Origin: an uncultured Eubacteriales bacterium
Lineage (GTDB): Bacteria > Bacillota > Clostridia > Oscillospirales > Oscillospiraceae
DNA: 64,000 nt
Reading direction: 5' to 3'
Assembly: GCA_900314485.1 (NCBI GenBank)
Contig: OMVL01000007.1
Location: forward strand, 3,070-67,069
This document shows, piece by piece, positions 19,802-30,105 of this stretch. The position numbers were made by a program, and so were the translations under genes. Position 1 is the stretch's first letter, and each line of letters starts with the position of its first letter. The notes beneath the pieces were generated by a model that had not been told where the DNA came from, ran no database searches, and worked only from the letters and a program-made list of their open reading frames with translations.

Positions 19802-20797
19802 TTATTTTTCATTTTCCTGCGTTTTTTCTTCTCCCAGCGCAGCCTTCAGCTCCTCAGTGATCTGTTCCACCTGCTCCATGGTGGCCAGCTGACTCATACG
19901 GGTCTTCCACTTTGTACCGTTTCGCACGCCCTTTAAATACCAGGCATAGCTTTTCCGTGCCTCCAGACAGGCGATGTGCTCCCCCTTCCACTGACGGGCC
20001 ATGCGGAACTGCCGCAGGGCGGTGTCGCACCGCTCCGAGACGGTGGGCGCCGGCGGGAGGGGCCTGCCCTCCAAAAGCGCCTTGGCCTCCCGAAACAGCC
20101 AGGGATTTCCGCAGGCTCCCCGGCCGATCATGACTCCGTCGGCCCCGGTGACGCGTAAAATCTCCGCCGCATCCTGCGCCGCAAACACGTCTCCGTTGGC
20201 AAAGACGGGGATGGAGACCGCCTCTTTAACCTGCCGGATGATGTCCCAGTCCGCCTTTCCGGCGTACATCTGAGTGCGGGTACGGCCGTGGACGGTGAGG
20301 GCAGAAACTCCCGCCGATTCCAGCATTTTGCCAAACTCCACGGCGTTCAAACTGTTTGCGTCCCAGCCCTTGCGGAACTTCACCGTCACCGGACGTCCCG
20401 CTCCCCGAATCACCGCCTCCGCCACCTTGCAGGCCAGGTCCGGGGTCTTCATCAGGGCGGAACCGTCGCCGCTGCCCACGATCTTGTGGACGGGACAGCC
20501 CATATTGATGTCAATGACGGCGGGACCTGCCAGCTCTGCCACCTTTGCCGCCGCCTCTTCCATGCAGACAGGGTCGCTGCCGAACAGCTGCACCGCCGCC
20601 GGCGTCTCTCCAGGGTCCAGCGCCATGAGGGGGATGGTCTTTTTGTCCTGATAGCACAGCGCCTTGGCGCTGACCATCTCCGTGACGGTATAGTCCGCCC
20701 CCAGCTCCCGGCAGATGACCCGAAACGCCCGATCCGTCACCCCCGCCATGGGGGCAAGGGCCAGCTTTCCCGGCAGCTTGACCGTTCCGATCTTCAT
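19802..20797 (-). CDS. dusB: tRNA-dihydrouridine synthase
   Basis: [35 protein letters not shown]. Confidence 0.93.
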   Translation of the reverse strand: MKIGTVKLPGKLALAPMAGVTDRAFRVICRELGADYTVTEMVSAKALCYQDKKTIPLMALDPGETPAAVQLFGSDPVCMEEAAAKVAELAGPAVIDINMGCPVHKIVGSGDGSALMKTPDLACKVAEAVIRGAGRPVTVKFRKGWDANSLNAVEFGKMLESAGVSALTVHGRTRTQMYAGKADWDIIRQVKEAVSIPVFANGDVFAAQDAAEILRVTGADGVMIGRGACGNPWLFREAKALLEGRPLPPAPTVSERCDTALRQFRMARQWKGEHIACLEARKSYAWYLKGVRNGTKWKTRMSQLATMEQVEQITEELKAALGEEKTQENEK

Positions 20798-21067
20798 GAC
20801 AGTTCCCCTCCGCTCTGATACAGTTCCCGAACAGAATACCATAAATGGGCGAAATCGGCAAGGACGGGTACAGCTCGGAAAAACCGCGAAACCCGCTGCC
20901 GGAGCTTGCATCCTCCGGCAGCGGGTTTTAGCTTTGGAAATGCCCCCTGCGTACACCTTGCAGGACAAGGCCCTCGTCAAAAGATTTTGTAAAAATCAAA
21001 AACTTTTCCTTGACAAAAGCAGGAAATCTGATAGAATAATCAGGCACGACCATCTGAAATGGTCGGA

Positions 21068-21123
21068 ACTTTCTTGCCCTTTTCGGCGGAAGAGGGCCAT
21101 ATAGTCCACAAGGAGGTGCAAAC
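21068..21123 (+). promoter_or_regulatory. S6:S18-binding rpsF leader RNA
   Basis: CTTGCCC...GGGCC...TAGTCC..AAGGAGGTGCAAAC closely resembles the Firmicutes rpsF leader as I recall it. Confidence 0.8.
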
Positions 21124-21420
21124 ATGGCAAAGGTCAATGGCAAGTACGAGGCAGTGTATATCATCGACGCCGCTCTGACGGAGGAGGCAATCGCTGCTAT
21201 CGTCGAAAAGTTCAAGTCTCTGGTAGAGGCGAACGGCACGCTGGCTGAGGTCAACGAGTGGGGTAAGCGTCATCTGGCATATCCCATCGATCACAAGAAT
21301 GAGGGTTACTACGTCCTCATGACCTTCGACTCCGCTCCTACGTTCCCCTACGAGCTGAATCGTAACTTCAACATCACCGACGGCGTTATCCGCTCCATGA
21401 TCGTGGATCTCGCTGAGTAA
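21124..21420 (+). CDS. rpsF: 30S ribosomal protein S6
   Basis: KYEAVYII, WGKRHLAYPI, EGYYVLMTF. Confidence 0.97.
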   Translation: MAKVNGKYEAVYIIDAALTEEAIAAIVEKFKSLVEANGTLAEVNEWGKRHLAYPIDHKNEGYYVLMTFDSAPTFPYELNRNFNITDGVIRSMIVDLAE

Positions 21421-21432
21421 GGAGGCCGGAAC

Positions 21433-21930
21433 ATGCTCAACCGCATTGTGCTCATGGGCCGTCTGACCCGTGATCCCGAGCTGCGGCGGACCCAGTCCGG
21501 CACCGCAGTGGCTTCCTTCACCCTGGCAGTAGACCGGGATTTCGCCGACAAGGCAACCGGCAACCGCCCCACCGATTTCATCGACATTGTGGCCTGGCGG
21601 GGTACTGCCGAGTTTGTCAGCCGCTATTTCACCAAGGGCCGCATGGCCGTGGTGGAGGGCCGGCTGCAGATCCGGGACTGGCAGGATCGGGACGGCAATA
21701 AGCGCCGCAGCGCTGAGGTCGTGGCCGAAAACGTCTATTTCGGCGACTCCCGTCGGGATGGCGACAGCGGCGGCAGCTATGCTCCCCGCACGGGTTCCGC
21801 CTATCCCGCCGGCAACAGCGGCTATGCCCCTGCTGCCCCTCAGGCCAGCAGCTATGACAACGTCCCCGCCGCTCCCATTGTCTCTGAATTTGCAGAGCTC
21901 AGCGACGACGACGGCGAGCTGCCGTTCTGA
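21433..21930 (+). CDS. ssb: Single-stranded DNA-binding protein
   Basis: MLNRIVLMGRLTRDPELR; C-terminal DDDGELPF. Confidence 0.97.
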   Translation: MLNRIVLMGRLTRDPELRRTQSGTAVASFTLAVDRDFADKATGNRPTDFIDIVAWRGTAEFVSRYFTKGRMAVVEGRLQIRDWQDRDGNKRRSAEVVAENVYFGDSRRDGDSGGSYAPRTGSAYPAGNSGYAPAAPQASSYDNVPAAPIVSEFAELSDDDGELPF

Positions 21931-21971
21931 TTTTAAGTTACGAAACATCTCAATGAAAGGAGACCAATACA

Positions 21972-22205
21972 ATGGCTTTTGATAAGACCCGTTCTCGTAA
22001 GCGCAGAAAGGTCTGCTCTTTCTGTGCCGATAAGGTCGAGAAGATCGACTATAAGGACACCGGCAAGCTCCGCCGCTATCTGTCCGAGCGTGGCAAGATC
22101 CTGCCCCGCCGGACCACTGGCACCTGCGCCATGCATCAGCGTGAGCTGACCGTGGCCATTAAGCGTGCCCGGCAGATCGCTCTGCTGCCCTACGTCAACG
22201 ACTAA
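21972..22205 (+). CDS. rpsR: 30S ribosomal protein S18 (zinc-binding form)
   Basis: [23 protein letters not shown]. Confidence 0.97.
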   Translation: MAFDKTRSRKRRKVCSFCADKVEKIDYKDTGKLRRYLSERGKILPRRTTGTCAMHQRELTVAIKRARQIALLPYVND

Positions 22206-22415
22206 GCTGCAGCCAACCCCCGTCTGCTCTTGCAGGCGGGGCATTTTTGTTTTGATGCCTCATGCGCCGCAAACGGCGGACCCGGTCCGCTTTCTGAAGT
22301 TTCTCTAAAATCTGCCCCCTCTCGCCCTCACAAGCTTGAAAGCACTCCTATTGTCTGATATAATTACAATATATTACAACGTGGATATCCAGATCACTCA
22401 GCCAGAGAATACGGA

Positions 22416-22540
22416 CTCCCTCCGTCACCTTCGGTGACACCTCCCTCGGAGAGGGAGGCGCTGGCGAAACTCGTTCGTCTTTTCATCATTGCCAATGGCC
22501 CCCTCTTTGAGGGGGCTGTCACGAAGTGACTGGGGGAGTG
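22416..22540. repeat. CCCTC-type palindromic repeat, inverted doublet in the miaA 5' UTR
   Basis: Copy 1 CTCCCTCCGTCACCTTCGGTGACACCTCCCTCGGAGAGGGAGG; inverted copy 2 at 22497-22540. Lies downstream of a TTGAAA-17-TATAAT promoter. Confidence 0.75.
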
Positions 22541-22608
22541 TCCCCCTAAGCTGACTAAAATGGATAACCAGATATTACAATTACCCCGCCCCGGAGAAAG
22601 GAGACGCC

Positions 22609-23550
22609 ATGGCCCCAAAGATCATCGTCATCGCCGGGCCCACCGCCTCCGGCAAGACCGCCCTCAGCATTGCACTGGCCAAGCGCTTCGGCGGGGAAGT
22701 GGTGAGCGCCGACTCCATGCAGATCTATCGGCGGATGGACATCGGCACGGCCAAGCCTACTTTCGAAGAGCGGGACGGCATCCCCCACCACATGCTGGAT
22801 GTGGCCGACCCGGAGGAGTCCTTTTCCGTAGCCCGGTATGTGGACATGGCAAGCGCCTGCGTGGACGACATCCTTGCCCGGGGCAAAATGCCCATCGTGG
22901 CAGGGGGGACCGGACTTTATATCGACTCCCTACTCTCCGGGCGCACCTTTGCCCCCTTCCCCTCCAGCGGGTGGAGAGAACGGCTCCAGGCACGGGCCAA
23001 GTCGGAGGGCATCGGCGTTTTGATGGAAGAGCTCCGTCAGATCGACCCCCAAGCCGCCGGGCGGCTGCACCTGAATGACGAAAAGCGGATCATTCGGGCT
23101 CTGGAGGTCTGGCACGAGACGGGAAAGACCATCACCCGGCACAATGAGGAGACAGCGGCGATCCCGCCCCGGTATGAGGGCTGTCGTATCGGCCTGAATT
23201 TTGCCCAGCGCTCCGACCTCTGGCGGCGCATCGACTGCCGGGTAGACGAGATGATGGCTCAGGGCCTGCTGGCGGAGGTACAGTCCCTGCTGCGCAGCGG
23301 CATCGACCCCGGCTGCACCAGCATGCAGGCCATCGGCTACAAGGAGCTGGCGGACGCTGCCAGAGGGCTGGCTCCCGTGGAGACGGCAGTGGAGGAGATC
23401 AAGCTCCGCAGCCGGCAGTACGCCAAGCGGCAGGTGACCTGGTTCCGGCGAAACAACGAGACCCAGTGGTATCTCTGGGGCCGGGAGCCGGATTTTACGC
23501 AGGCCTTACAGTTTGCGACAGAAAAAATAGGGGAAATGGGTATAGGATGA
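22609..23550 (+). CDS. miaA: tRNA dimethylallyltransferase
   Basis: GPTASGKT, SADSMQIYRRMDIGTAKP, QAIGYKE, RQYAKRQVTWFR. Confidence 0.97.
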   Translation: MAPKIIVIAGPTASGKTALSIALAKRFGGEVVSADSMQIYRRMDIGTAKPTFEERDGIPHHMLDVADPEESFSVARYVDMASACVDDILARGKMPIVAGGTGLYIDSLLSGRTFAPFPSSGWRERLQARAKSEGIGVLMEELRQIDPQAAGRLHLNDEKRIIRALEVWHETGKTITRHNEETAAIPPRYEGCRIGLNFAQRSDLWRRIDCRVDEMMAQGLLAEVQSLLRSGIDPGCTSMQAIGYKELADAARGLAPVETAVEEIKLRSRQYAKRQVTWFRRNNETQWYLWGREPDFTQALQFATEKIGEMGIG

Positions 23551-23628
23551 CAGGGAGGACAAGCCCTGTCAGCGCCTTCCCCTTTTATCGGGCACGTCCT
23601 CGACTACATAGAAAAGGATGTGTCATCT

Positions 23629-23877
23629 ATGCCTAAGAACAACAATTTACAAGAGATCTTTTTGACCAAGGTGCGGCGGAGCCGTACCTCCGTCACCGTT
23701 TTTCTCGTCAACGGCTTTCAGCTGCGGGGCATCGTCACCGGATTTGATGCCTTTGTGGTGGTCGTGAATTCCGAGGGACGGCAGCAGGTCATTTACAAAC
23801 ACGCAATTTCCACCATCGTCCCCGTCCGGCCCCTGGAGCTGGAGGAGACCGGCATTCCGGACGCACAGGAGGTCTGA
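23629..23877 (+). CDS. hfq: RNA chaperone Hfq
   Basis: [27 protein letters not shown]; follows miaA. Confidence 0.95.
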   Translation: MPKNNNLQEIFLTKVRRSRTSVTVFLVNGFQLRGIVTGFDAFVVVVNSEGRQQVIYKHAISTIVPVRPLELEETGIPDAQEV

Positions 23878-23915
23878 TTCCCCGGCCTCCTCCCCCCGGG
23901 GCAAGGAGGCGGCTT

Positions 23916-25157
23916 ATGAAGCCCAGTAAATATCTTTCCCGCATCATTATGCTGCTGCTCTTTCTGGCGGCGGTGGCCTATTTCGGCGTCTATGCCTACC
24001 GCACCTTCTACGGCAGTTATGAGACTGCCACTGTCTATGAATATACCGGCGAGAGCACCCTCCCCGCAGAGGGCTGGCTCATCCGCCGGGAAGAGGTGCT
24101 GCCTACCGGCGGCAATCTGGAGGAGATCGTGGTGGCCGAGGGCGAGAATGTGGCCGCCGGCGATGTGGTGGCCCGGGTGTACAGCACGCAGGAGGCTCTG
24201 GAACAGCATCGGGAGCTGGACCGGCTGGAGACCGAGCTGGAGCGGCTGAACTATATCCACACCAGAGGCGCTGAGGAGTCTGACGCCATGCGTCTGGGGG
24301 ACGAGATCGTCTCTTCCATGACCACCCTGCGCTACAGCGCCAGCCGGAATGATCTGGCCCAGCTGGGAGACCAGCTGGACGGCCTGCAGGAGCTGGTCTT
24401 TCGCCGGGACTATACCTACAGCACCAGCTCCGCCCTCTCCGAACAGATCGCCGCGCTGAACAACCAGATCGTGGAGCTTCAAACCGCCACCCAGAGCGCC
24501 ACATCCACCGTCTGCTCCCCAGCGGCGGGCATCTTTTCCTCCACCGTGGACGGGTATGAAGCCGCCCTCACCTTTGACCTCTTAGCGGATGTGACCCCTG
24601 AGTCCCTCCGAGAGGCCGCCGGCCGGCGCAGCGCCGCCTCCGGCCAGGAACTGGGAAAGATCATCACCTCCTTTGACTGGTACTTTGCCGCCATTATGGA
24701 CCAGTCCGTTACCAAGCGGCTGAGTACCGGCAGCAGCGCCAATATCTTTCTGGAGGGCGCCTCCGGCGCTCAGAAGATGACCGTCTCCTACATCAGCCCC
24801 CCCAATGCCGACGGCCAGGTGGTCATTGTCTTCCACTCCAACAAGAACCTCTCCGCCATTACCCAGCTCCGGGAGCAGAACATCAACGTGAGCTACGGCA
24901 GCTATACCGGCCTGCGCATCCCCGCCCGTGCCCTTCGGGCCGATCAGGAGACGGGGCAGCTGGGGGTCTACCGCCTCAGCGGCACCCAGGCCGAGTGGGT
25001 CCCGGTGGAGCTGGTCTACTCCGGCAGCGACTATTACCTCATCCGCTCGGAGCATGAGGGAGAGCTGAGTCAGCTCGGGCAGGCCAAGGAGCTCCGCCCC
25101 GGAGACCAGGTGCTGGTCCGGGGCAAGGATATTTATGACGGGAAGGTGATCGAGTGA
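23916..25157 (+). CDS. HlyD/membrane-fusion-like periplasmic adaptor protein
   Basis: N-terminal TM helix, barrel-sandwich motif VAEGENVAAGDVVA, coiled coil, SPAAGIFS. Confidence 0.65.
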   Translation: MKPSKYLSRIIMLLLFLAAVAYFGVYAYRTFYGSYETATVYEYTGESTLPAEGWLIRREEVLPTGGNLEEIVVAEGENVAAGDVVARVYSTQEALEQHRELDRLETELERLNYIHTRGAEESDAMRLGDEIVSSMTTLRYSASRNDLAQLGDQLDGLQELVFRRDYTYSTSSALSEQIAALNNQIVELQTATQSATSTVCSPAAGIFSSTVDGYEAALTFDLLADVTPESLREAAGRRSAASGQELGKIITSFDWYFAAIMDQSVTKRLSTGSSANIFLEGASGAQKMTVSYISPPNADGQVVIVFHSNKNLSAITQLREQNINVSYGSYTGLRIPARALRADQETGQLGVYRLSGTQAEWVPVELVYSGSDYYLIRSEHEGELSQLGQAKELRPGDQVLVRGKDIYDGKVIE

Positions 25158-25867
25158 TGTCGTTACAGCAGAATATCGCAGCCGTCCGGGCCGCCATTGA
25201 CGAGGCCGCCCGCCGGGCCGGGAGAGACCCAAAAGAGGTGACTCTGGTGGCCGCCACCAAGGTTCAGACCTCAGACACCATCCGTCAGGCCATTGCCGCC
25301 GGCATCACCGTCTGCGGTGAGAACCGGGTCCAGGAGTTCAACGCCCACTGGGCGGACGGAGCCTATGAGGGGGCGGAGGTCCACTTTATCGGCCACCTGC
25401 AAAAGAACAAGGTGAAGTATCTGGTGGGCAAGGTCAGCCTGATCGAGTCTGTGGACTCGGAGGAACTGATGCGGGCCATCGACCAGAGAGCCCGGAAGGT
25501 GGGCGTTGTGCAGGACATTCTCATTGAAGTGAACATCGGCGGGGAGGCCAGTAAGTCCGGCGTGCCCCCCCAGGAGGCGGAAAAACTGGCAAAGCTGGCC
25601 ATGCAGCTTCCCGGCGTGGGGCTGCGTGGATTGATGGCAATCCCCCCTGTGGCAGAACTTTCCGGGGGAAACAGCCGATATTTTGCCGAAATGCATCAGC
25701 TTTTTGTTGACATCAGGGCAAAAACGTATGATAATAAGAGTAGTATGGACTGCCTGTCCATGGGCATGAGCGGAGACTTTGCCGACGCCATTGCCAATGG
25801 CTCCACCCAGGTCCGTATCGGCACCGCCCTGTTCGGGCAGCGGCCGCCCATGCGGGCCAACGGCTAA
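25157..25867 (+). CDS. yggS: PLP homeostasis protein (YggS/PLPBP)
   Basis: LVAATKV, GENRVQE, HFIGHLQKNKVK, LSMGMSGDF, VRIGTALFG. Confidence 0.95.
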   Translation: MSLQQNIAAVRAAIDEAARRAGRDPKEVTLVAATKVQTSDTIRQAIAAGITVCGENRVQEFNAHWADGAYEGAEVHFIGHLQKNKVKYLVGKVSLIESVDSEELMRAIDQRARKVGVVQDILIEVNIGGEASKSGVPPQEAEKLAKLAMQLPGVGLRGLMAIPPVAELSGGNSRYFAEMHQLFVDIRAKTYDNKSSMDCLSMGMSGDFADAIANGSTQVRIGTALFGQRPPMRANG

Positions 25868-25910
25868 TTGATAGAAACAGAAAAATCACCTGTACAGGAG
25901 GAATAGGAAA

Positions 25911-26387
25911 ATGGGCTTTATGGATGAACTGAAGCGTCTGGCACGTCCCTATGAGGACGAGGACGATTATGTCGAGGAATTGGAGGACGAAGTCGCTGAC
26001 GAGCCCCGCGAGCGTCCCCGCCGTGCCTCCCGTGAGGAGCGCAGCAGCTATGCCGAGGCAGACACCTCTGACCGCCGCAGCACCGGCAATGTGGTGAACA
26101 TCAACACCACTACCCAGCTGCAGGTCGTTTTGGTCAAGCCGGTGGAGTTTGAGGATGCCTCTAACATCGCAAACCACCTGCGGGACAAGCGGACCGTGGT
26201 GCTGAATCTGGAATCTGCCAACAAGGAGATCTCCCGCCGTATGGTGGACTTCCTCTCCGGCGTTGCCTACGCTCTGGAGGGCAAGATCAAGAAGGTGGCC
26301 ATCTCCACCTATATCATTACGCCCTATAACGTGGATATTATCGGCGACGTGCTGGACGAACTGGAGAACAACGGCGTCCACTTCTGA
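25911..26387 (+). CDS. sepF: Cell division protein SepF
   Basis: VVLNLE, RRMVDFLSGVAYALEG, ITPYNVDI. Confidence 0.95.
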   Translation: MGFMDELKRLARPYEDEDDYVEELEDEVADEPRERPRRASREERSSYAEADTSDRRSTGNVVNINTTTQLQVVLVKPVEFEDASNIANHLRDKRTVVLNLESANKEISRRMVDFLSGVAYALEGKIKKVAISTYIITPYNVDIIGDVLDELENNGVHF

Positions 26388-26427
26388 GCTGACCGACTGA
26401 CAGACAAGATATAAAGGGGGATTTACC

Positions 26428-27141
26428 GTGCTGACACCGCAACAAGTGGCTGAGCAGACCTTCAACCCGGTGGGCCGGGGCAAGAACAGCGGCTACAATA
26501 TGGAGGAAGTGGATAACTTCCTGGACCAGATCACCGCAGATTATACCGCTCTGGCGAATGAGAACACCGATCTGAAAAACAAGCTGAAGATCCTGGCCGA
26601 CAAGATCACCGAGTACCGTGAGACCGAGGACATGATGCGCTCCACCCTCCGCAGCGCTCAGAAGACCGCCAACGACATGGTGGCCGAGGCTGAGCAGAAG
26701 CGGGAGGGCATCCTGGACGCCCTGGAGCAGGACATCCGCGCCCGCAAGGCCGCCTATGACGACGAGATTGCCATTTGCCGCGCCCAGCTGGCCGCCGCCC
26801 GGAAGGAGACTGCCGACTACATCTCCTCCATTCAGGCCCTCACCGACCGGCAGCAGAGCTTTTTGGATACGCTGCCTGACCTGGGTCTGGACGGCGAGCT
26901 GGAGGGAGAGACCGAATTGGAGACTCCCGAGGTCCCCGCAGAGGAGCCTGCTGCGGAAGAGGCTGTGGCTGAGCCCGAAACCGCCGATTCCATCGGAGAC
27001 CTGATCGCAGACGAGGCTGCCGAGGCCATTGAAGAAGAGGAGGAGGCTCCCGCTCCCCAGCCCGAGCCCGTGGCAAGCTCCGCCACCAGCCGGATCGACT
27101 TCTCCAACCTGAAGTTTGGCAAGGATTATAAGATCAAATAA
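26428..27141 (+). CDS. divIVA: DivIVA domain protein
   Basis: LTPQQV..F...GYNMEEVDNFLDQI followed by a coiled coil; GTG start. Confidence 0.92.
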   Translation: MLTPQQVAEQTFNPVGRGKNSGYNMEEVDNFLDQITADYTALANENTDLKNKLKILADKITEYRETEDMMRSTLRSAQKTANDMVAEAEQKREGILDALEQDIRARKAAYDDEIAICRAQLAAARKETADYISSIQALTDRQQSFLDTLPDLGLDGELEGETELETPEVPAEEPAAEEAVAEPETADSIGDLIADEAAEAIEEEEEAPAPQPEPVASSATSRIDFSNLKFGKDYKIK

Positions 27142-27231
27142 GTTCCGACTGCATAAGACATTTTCAGTCACATAGCCCTCCAAAAGAGGGCTATGTGATT
27201 GTGTTGTATTTTATCGAGAGGAGAAACAAGG

Positions 27232-29757
27232 ATGCCGGATTACAACAAGACCATCCTGCTGCCCAAGACCGACTTCCCCATGCGGGCCGCTCTGGCCAAG
27301 CGGGAGCCGGATATGCTGGCAGAGATGTACCGCAAGGACATCTACAACAAGCTGATGAAAAAGAACGGGGGCAAGCCCTCCTTCATCCTCCACGACGGAC
27401 CTCCCTACGCCAATGGCAATATCCACATCGGCACCGCCATGAACAAGGTGCTCAAGGACTTCATCGTCCGGTCCAAGAATATGCTGGGCTACAAGGCACC
27501 CTATATCCCCGGCTGGGACACCCACGGCATGCCCATTGAGACCGCCATTCAGAAGCAGGGCGTCAAGCGCAACGAGATGCCCGTTCCCGAGTTTCGGAAC
27601 AAGTGCTATTCCTTTGCCATGGAGCAGGTGGACAAGCAGCGCACCGACTTTAAGCGTCTGGGCGTCATCGGCGACTGGGATAACCCCTATATCACCCTCA
27701 AGCCCGAATTCGAGGCCAAGCAGGTGGAGGTCTTCGGCGCTATGGCCCTCAAGGGGCTGATCTACCAGGGTCTGAAGCCCACCTACTGGTGCCCCACCTG
27801 CGAGACTGCTCTGGCCGAGGCCGAAGTTGAGTACGCAGAGGACCCCGTCACCACCATCTTTGTCAAGTTCCGGGTGCATGACGACAAGGGCAAGCTCGCC
27901 CAGTACGGCGATCTCAGCAAGATGTACTTCGTCATCTGGACCACCACCACCTGGACGCTGCCCGGCAACATGGCCATCTGCCTGAATCCCCAGCTGGAGT
28001 ACTCTCTGGTCAAGATCGGCACCGGCGACATCCTCATCATCGCCACCGATCTGGTCTCCAGCGTCATGTCGGAGAGCGGCATTTCGGACTATGAGACGGT
28101 TGCCACCCTGTTTGGCGACGAATTTGAGTATATGACCGCCTACCATCCCTTTATGGAGCGGGATTCTCTGGTCATTCTGGGCGACCACGTCACCCTGGAT
28201 GCCGGCTCCGGCTGTGTCCACACCGCCCCCTCCTTCGGTCTGGACGACTTCTATGTCTGCCAGCGGTACAAGGAGATCCCCACCGACATCACCATGGAGG
28301 TCTCCGTAGACGCCAAGGGATTCCTCAACGACTTTGCCGGCAAGTACAAGGGCCTCCACGTCCAGAAGGCCCACCCCGTCATCTTCGCCGATCTGGTAGA
28401 GAGCGGCGCGCTGCTCAGCAGCAAGGACATTACCCACAGCTATCCTCATTGCTGGCGCTGCAAGCAGCCGGTCATCTTCCGGGCCACTCAGCAGTGGTTT
28501 GCCAGCGTGGACGGCATTAAGGATCAGGCCGTTGCCGCCTGCGACAACATCTGGTGGAAGCCGGAGTGGGGCAAGGAGCGGATGATCTCTATGATCCGGG
28601 AGCGGTCTGACTGGTGCATCTCCCGTCAGCGCACCTGGGGCGTGCCCATCCCCATCTTCTTCTGCGAGACCTGCGGCAAGCCCTACTGCACCGAGGCGTC
28701 CATTGCAAAAGTCTCCTCCGTCTTTAAGGAGGAGGGTTCGAATGCCTGGTGGGCACGCTCTGTGGAGGAGTTGATGCCTGAGGGCGCAGCCTGCGCCTGC
28801 GGCGGCACCAGGTTCCGCAAGGAAAAGGACATTCTGGACGTCTGGTTCGACTCCGGCTCCACCTGGAAGGCCGTCTGTGAGGAGCGGGAGGAGCTGACCT
28901 ACCCCGCCGACCTCTATCTGGAGGGCGGCGACCAGTACAGAGGCTGGTTCCAGTCCTCCATGCTGACCTCCATTGCGGCCAACGGCATCGCCCCCTACAA
29001 GCAGATCGTCACCCACGGCTGGACGGTGGACGGCCAGGGCCGGGTCATGCACAAGAGCCTGGGCAATGCCATCTCTCCCCAGGACACCATCAAGGAGTAC
29101 GGCGCTGACATCTTCCGCCTGTGGGTCTCCTCCGCCGACTATACCCAGGATATGCGGCTTTCAAAACCCATCCTGAAGCAGCTGGCCGACACCTATCTGA
29201 AGATCCGCAACACCGCCCGGTATATTCTGGGAAATCTCCACGGCTTTGACCCCAACACCGATCTGGTGGCCTTTGGCGACATGATGGAGCTGGATCAATG
29301 GGCGGTATCTGTCCTGAACAAGCTGGTCGCTAAGGTGCGTTCCTCCTATGAGGTGTACGATTTCCACACCATTTACCGGAATATTTACAACTTCTGCGTG
29401 GTGGAGATGTCCAACTTCTATTTGGACATCATTAAGGACCGGCTGTACTGCGAGGGCAAGGACTCCTTCGAGCGCCGCAGCGCCCAGTCCGCCATCTTCC
29501 ACATTCTGGACGGTCTGGTGCGGATGATCGCCCCCATCCTGGCCTTCACCTCGGAGGAGATCTGGCAGGCCATGCCTCACCTGGCCTCCGACGATAGTGA
29601 GGCGGTGCTGTTTAACGACATTCCCGCCGCCAACGATGCCTGGGTGCTCTCTGAGGAGCAGGAGGCCAAGTGGGCCGCCCTCCTCAGCTTCAAGGCAGAC
29701 GTCAATCTGGCCCTGGAGCAGGCCCGTGCCTCTAAGCTCTGCAAGAAGAGCACGTAG
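27232..29757 (+). CDS. ileS: Isoleucyl-tRNA synthetase (type 1), ends prematurely at TAG before the zinc finger
   Basis: LHDGPPYANG, GWDTHGMP, HSYPHCWRCK, WCISRQR, DVWFDSG, QYRGWFQSS. Confidence 0.93.
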   Translation: MPDYNKTILLPKTDFPMRAALAKREPDMLAEMYRKDIYNKLMKKNGGKPSFILHDGPPYANGNIHIGTAMNKVLKDFIVRSKNMLGYKAPYIPGWDTHGMPIETAIQKQGVKRNEMPVPEFRNKCYSFAMEQVDKQRTDFKRLGVIGDWDNPYITLKPEFEAKQVEVFGAMALKGLIYQGLKPTYWCPTCETALAEAEVEYAEDPVTTIFVKFRVHDDKGKLAQYGDLSKMYFVIWTTTTWTLPGNMAICLNPQLEYSLVKIGTGDILIIATDLVSSVMSESGISDYETVATLFGDEFEYMTAYHPFMERDSLVILGDHVTLDAGSGCVHTAPSFGLDDFYVCQRYKEIPTDITMEVSVDAKGFLNDFAGKYKGLHVQKAHPVIFADLVESGALLSSKDITHSYPHCWRCKQPVIFRATQQWFASVDGIKDQAVAACDNIWWKPEWGKERMISMIRERSDWCISRQRTWGVPIPIFFCETCGKPYCTEASIAKVSSVFKEEGSNAWWARSVEELMPEGAACACGGTRFRKEKDILDVWFDSGSTWKAVCEEREELTYPADLYLEGGDQYRGWFQSSMLTSIAANGIAPYKQIVTHGWTVDGQGRVMHKSLGNAISPQDTIKEYGADIFRLWVSSADYTQDMRLSKPILKQLADTYLKIRNTARYILGNLHGFDPNTDLVAFGDMMELDQWAVSVLNKLVAKVRSSYEVYDFHTIYRNIYNFCVVEMSNFYLDIIKDRLYCEGKDSFERRSAQSAIFHILDGLVRMIAPILAFTSEEIWQAMPHLASDDSEAVLFNDIPAANDAWVLSEEQEAKWAALLSFKADVNLALEQARASKLCKKST

Positions 29758-29939
29758 CTGCTCAGAAGGGCGAGGGCGAAGGCGTGACCGGCACCAACGT
29801 GGAGGGTCTCACCGTCCTGGTTGAGGTGGATACCGACTTTAAGTGCCCCCGCTGCTGGCTGCACAATGCCGCCATCACGGAAGAGGGCGGACTCTGCCCC
29901 CGGTGCGCCAAGGTCGTGGAAGGCCTGGCAATAGAGTAA
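29754..29939 (+). pseudogene. ileS: Out-of-frame IleRS C-terminal zinc-finger fragment
   Basis: A different frame from the main ORF reads VAAQKGEGEG...KCPRCW...GLCPRCAKVVEGLAIE*. Confidence 0.85.
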
Positions 29940-30105
29940 GACCGCAAGAACAGAAAAACGGCTCTACGTCAATAGTTGGGGTAGAGAAAAAATAAGCCTA
30001 AAGAAAATGTACCGGCACTGCAAAGTGCAGGTACATTTTCTTTAGGAAGCACAAAGAACCGGAGGCGCCGACGGCGCCTCCGGGAAAGGGAAAAGATGGG
30101 GGAAA

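Noticed and set aside
22270-22282. 13-mer CAAACGGCGGACC shared between the lepA insert (16263) and the region after rpsR
   Set aside because: Many 13-mer matches are expected by chance in 64 kb and the flanks do not align. Worth rechecking if the lepA insert proves to be a family.
29997-30046. Perfect 17-bp inverted repeat after ileS
   Set aside because: Single copy between convergent genes with A/T flanks; best explained as a bidirectional terminator.
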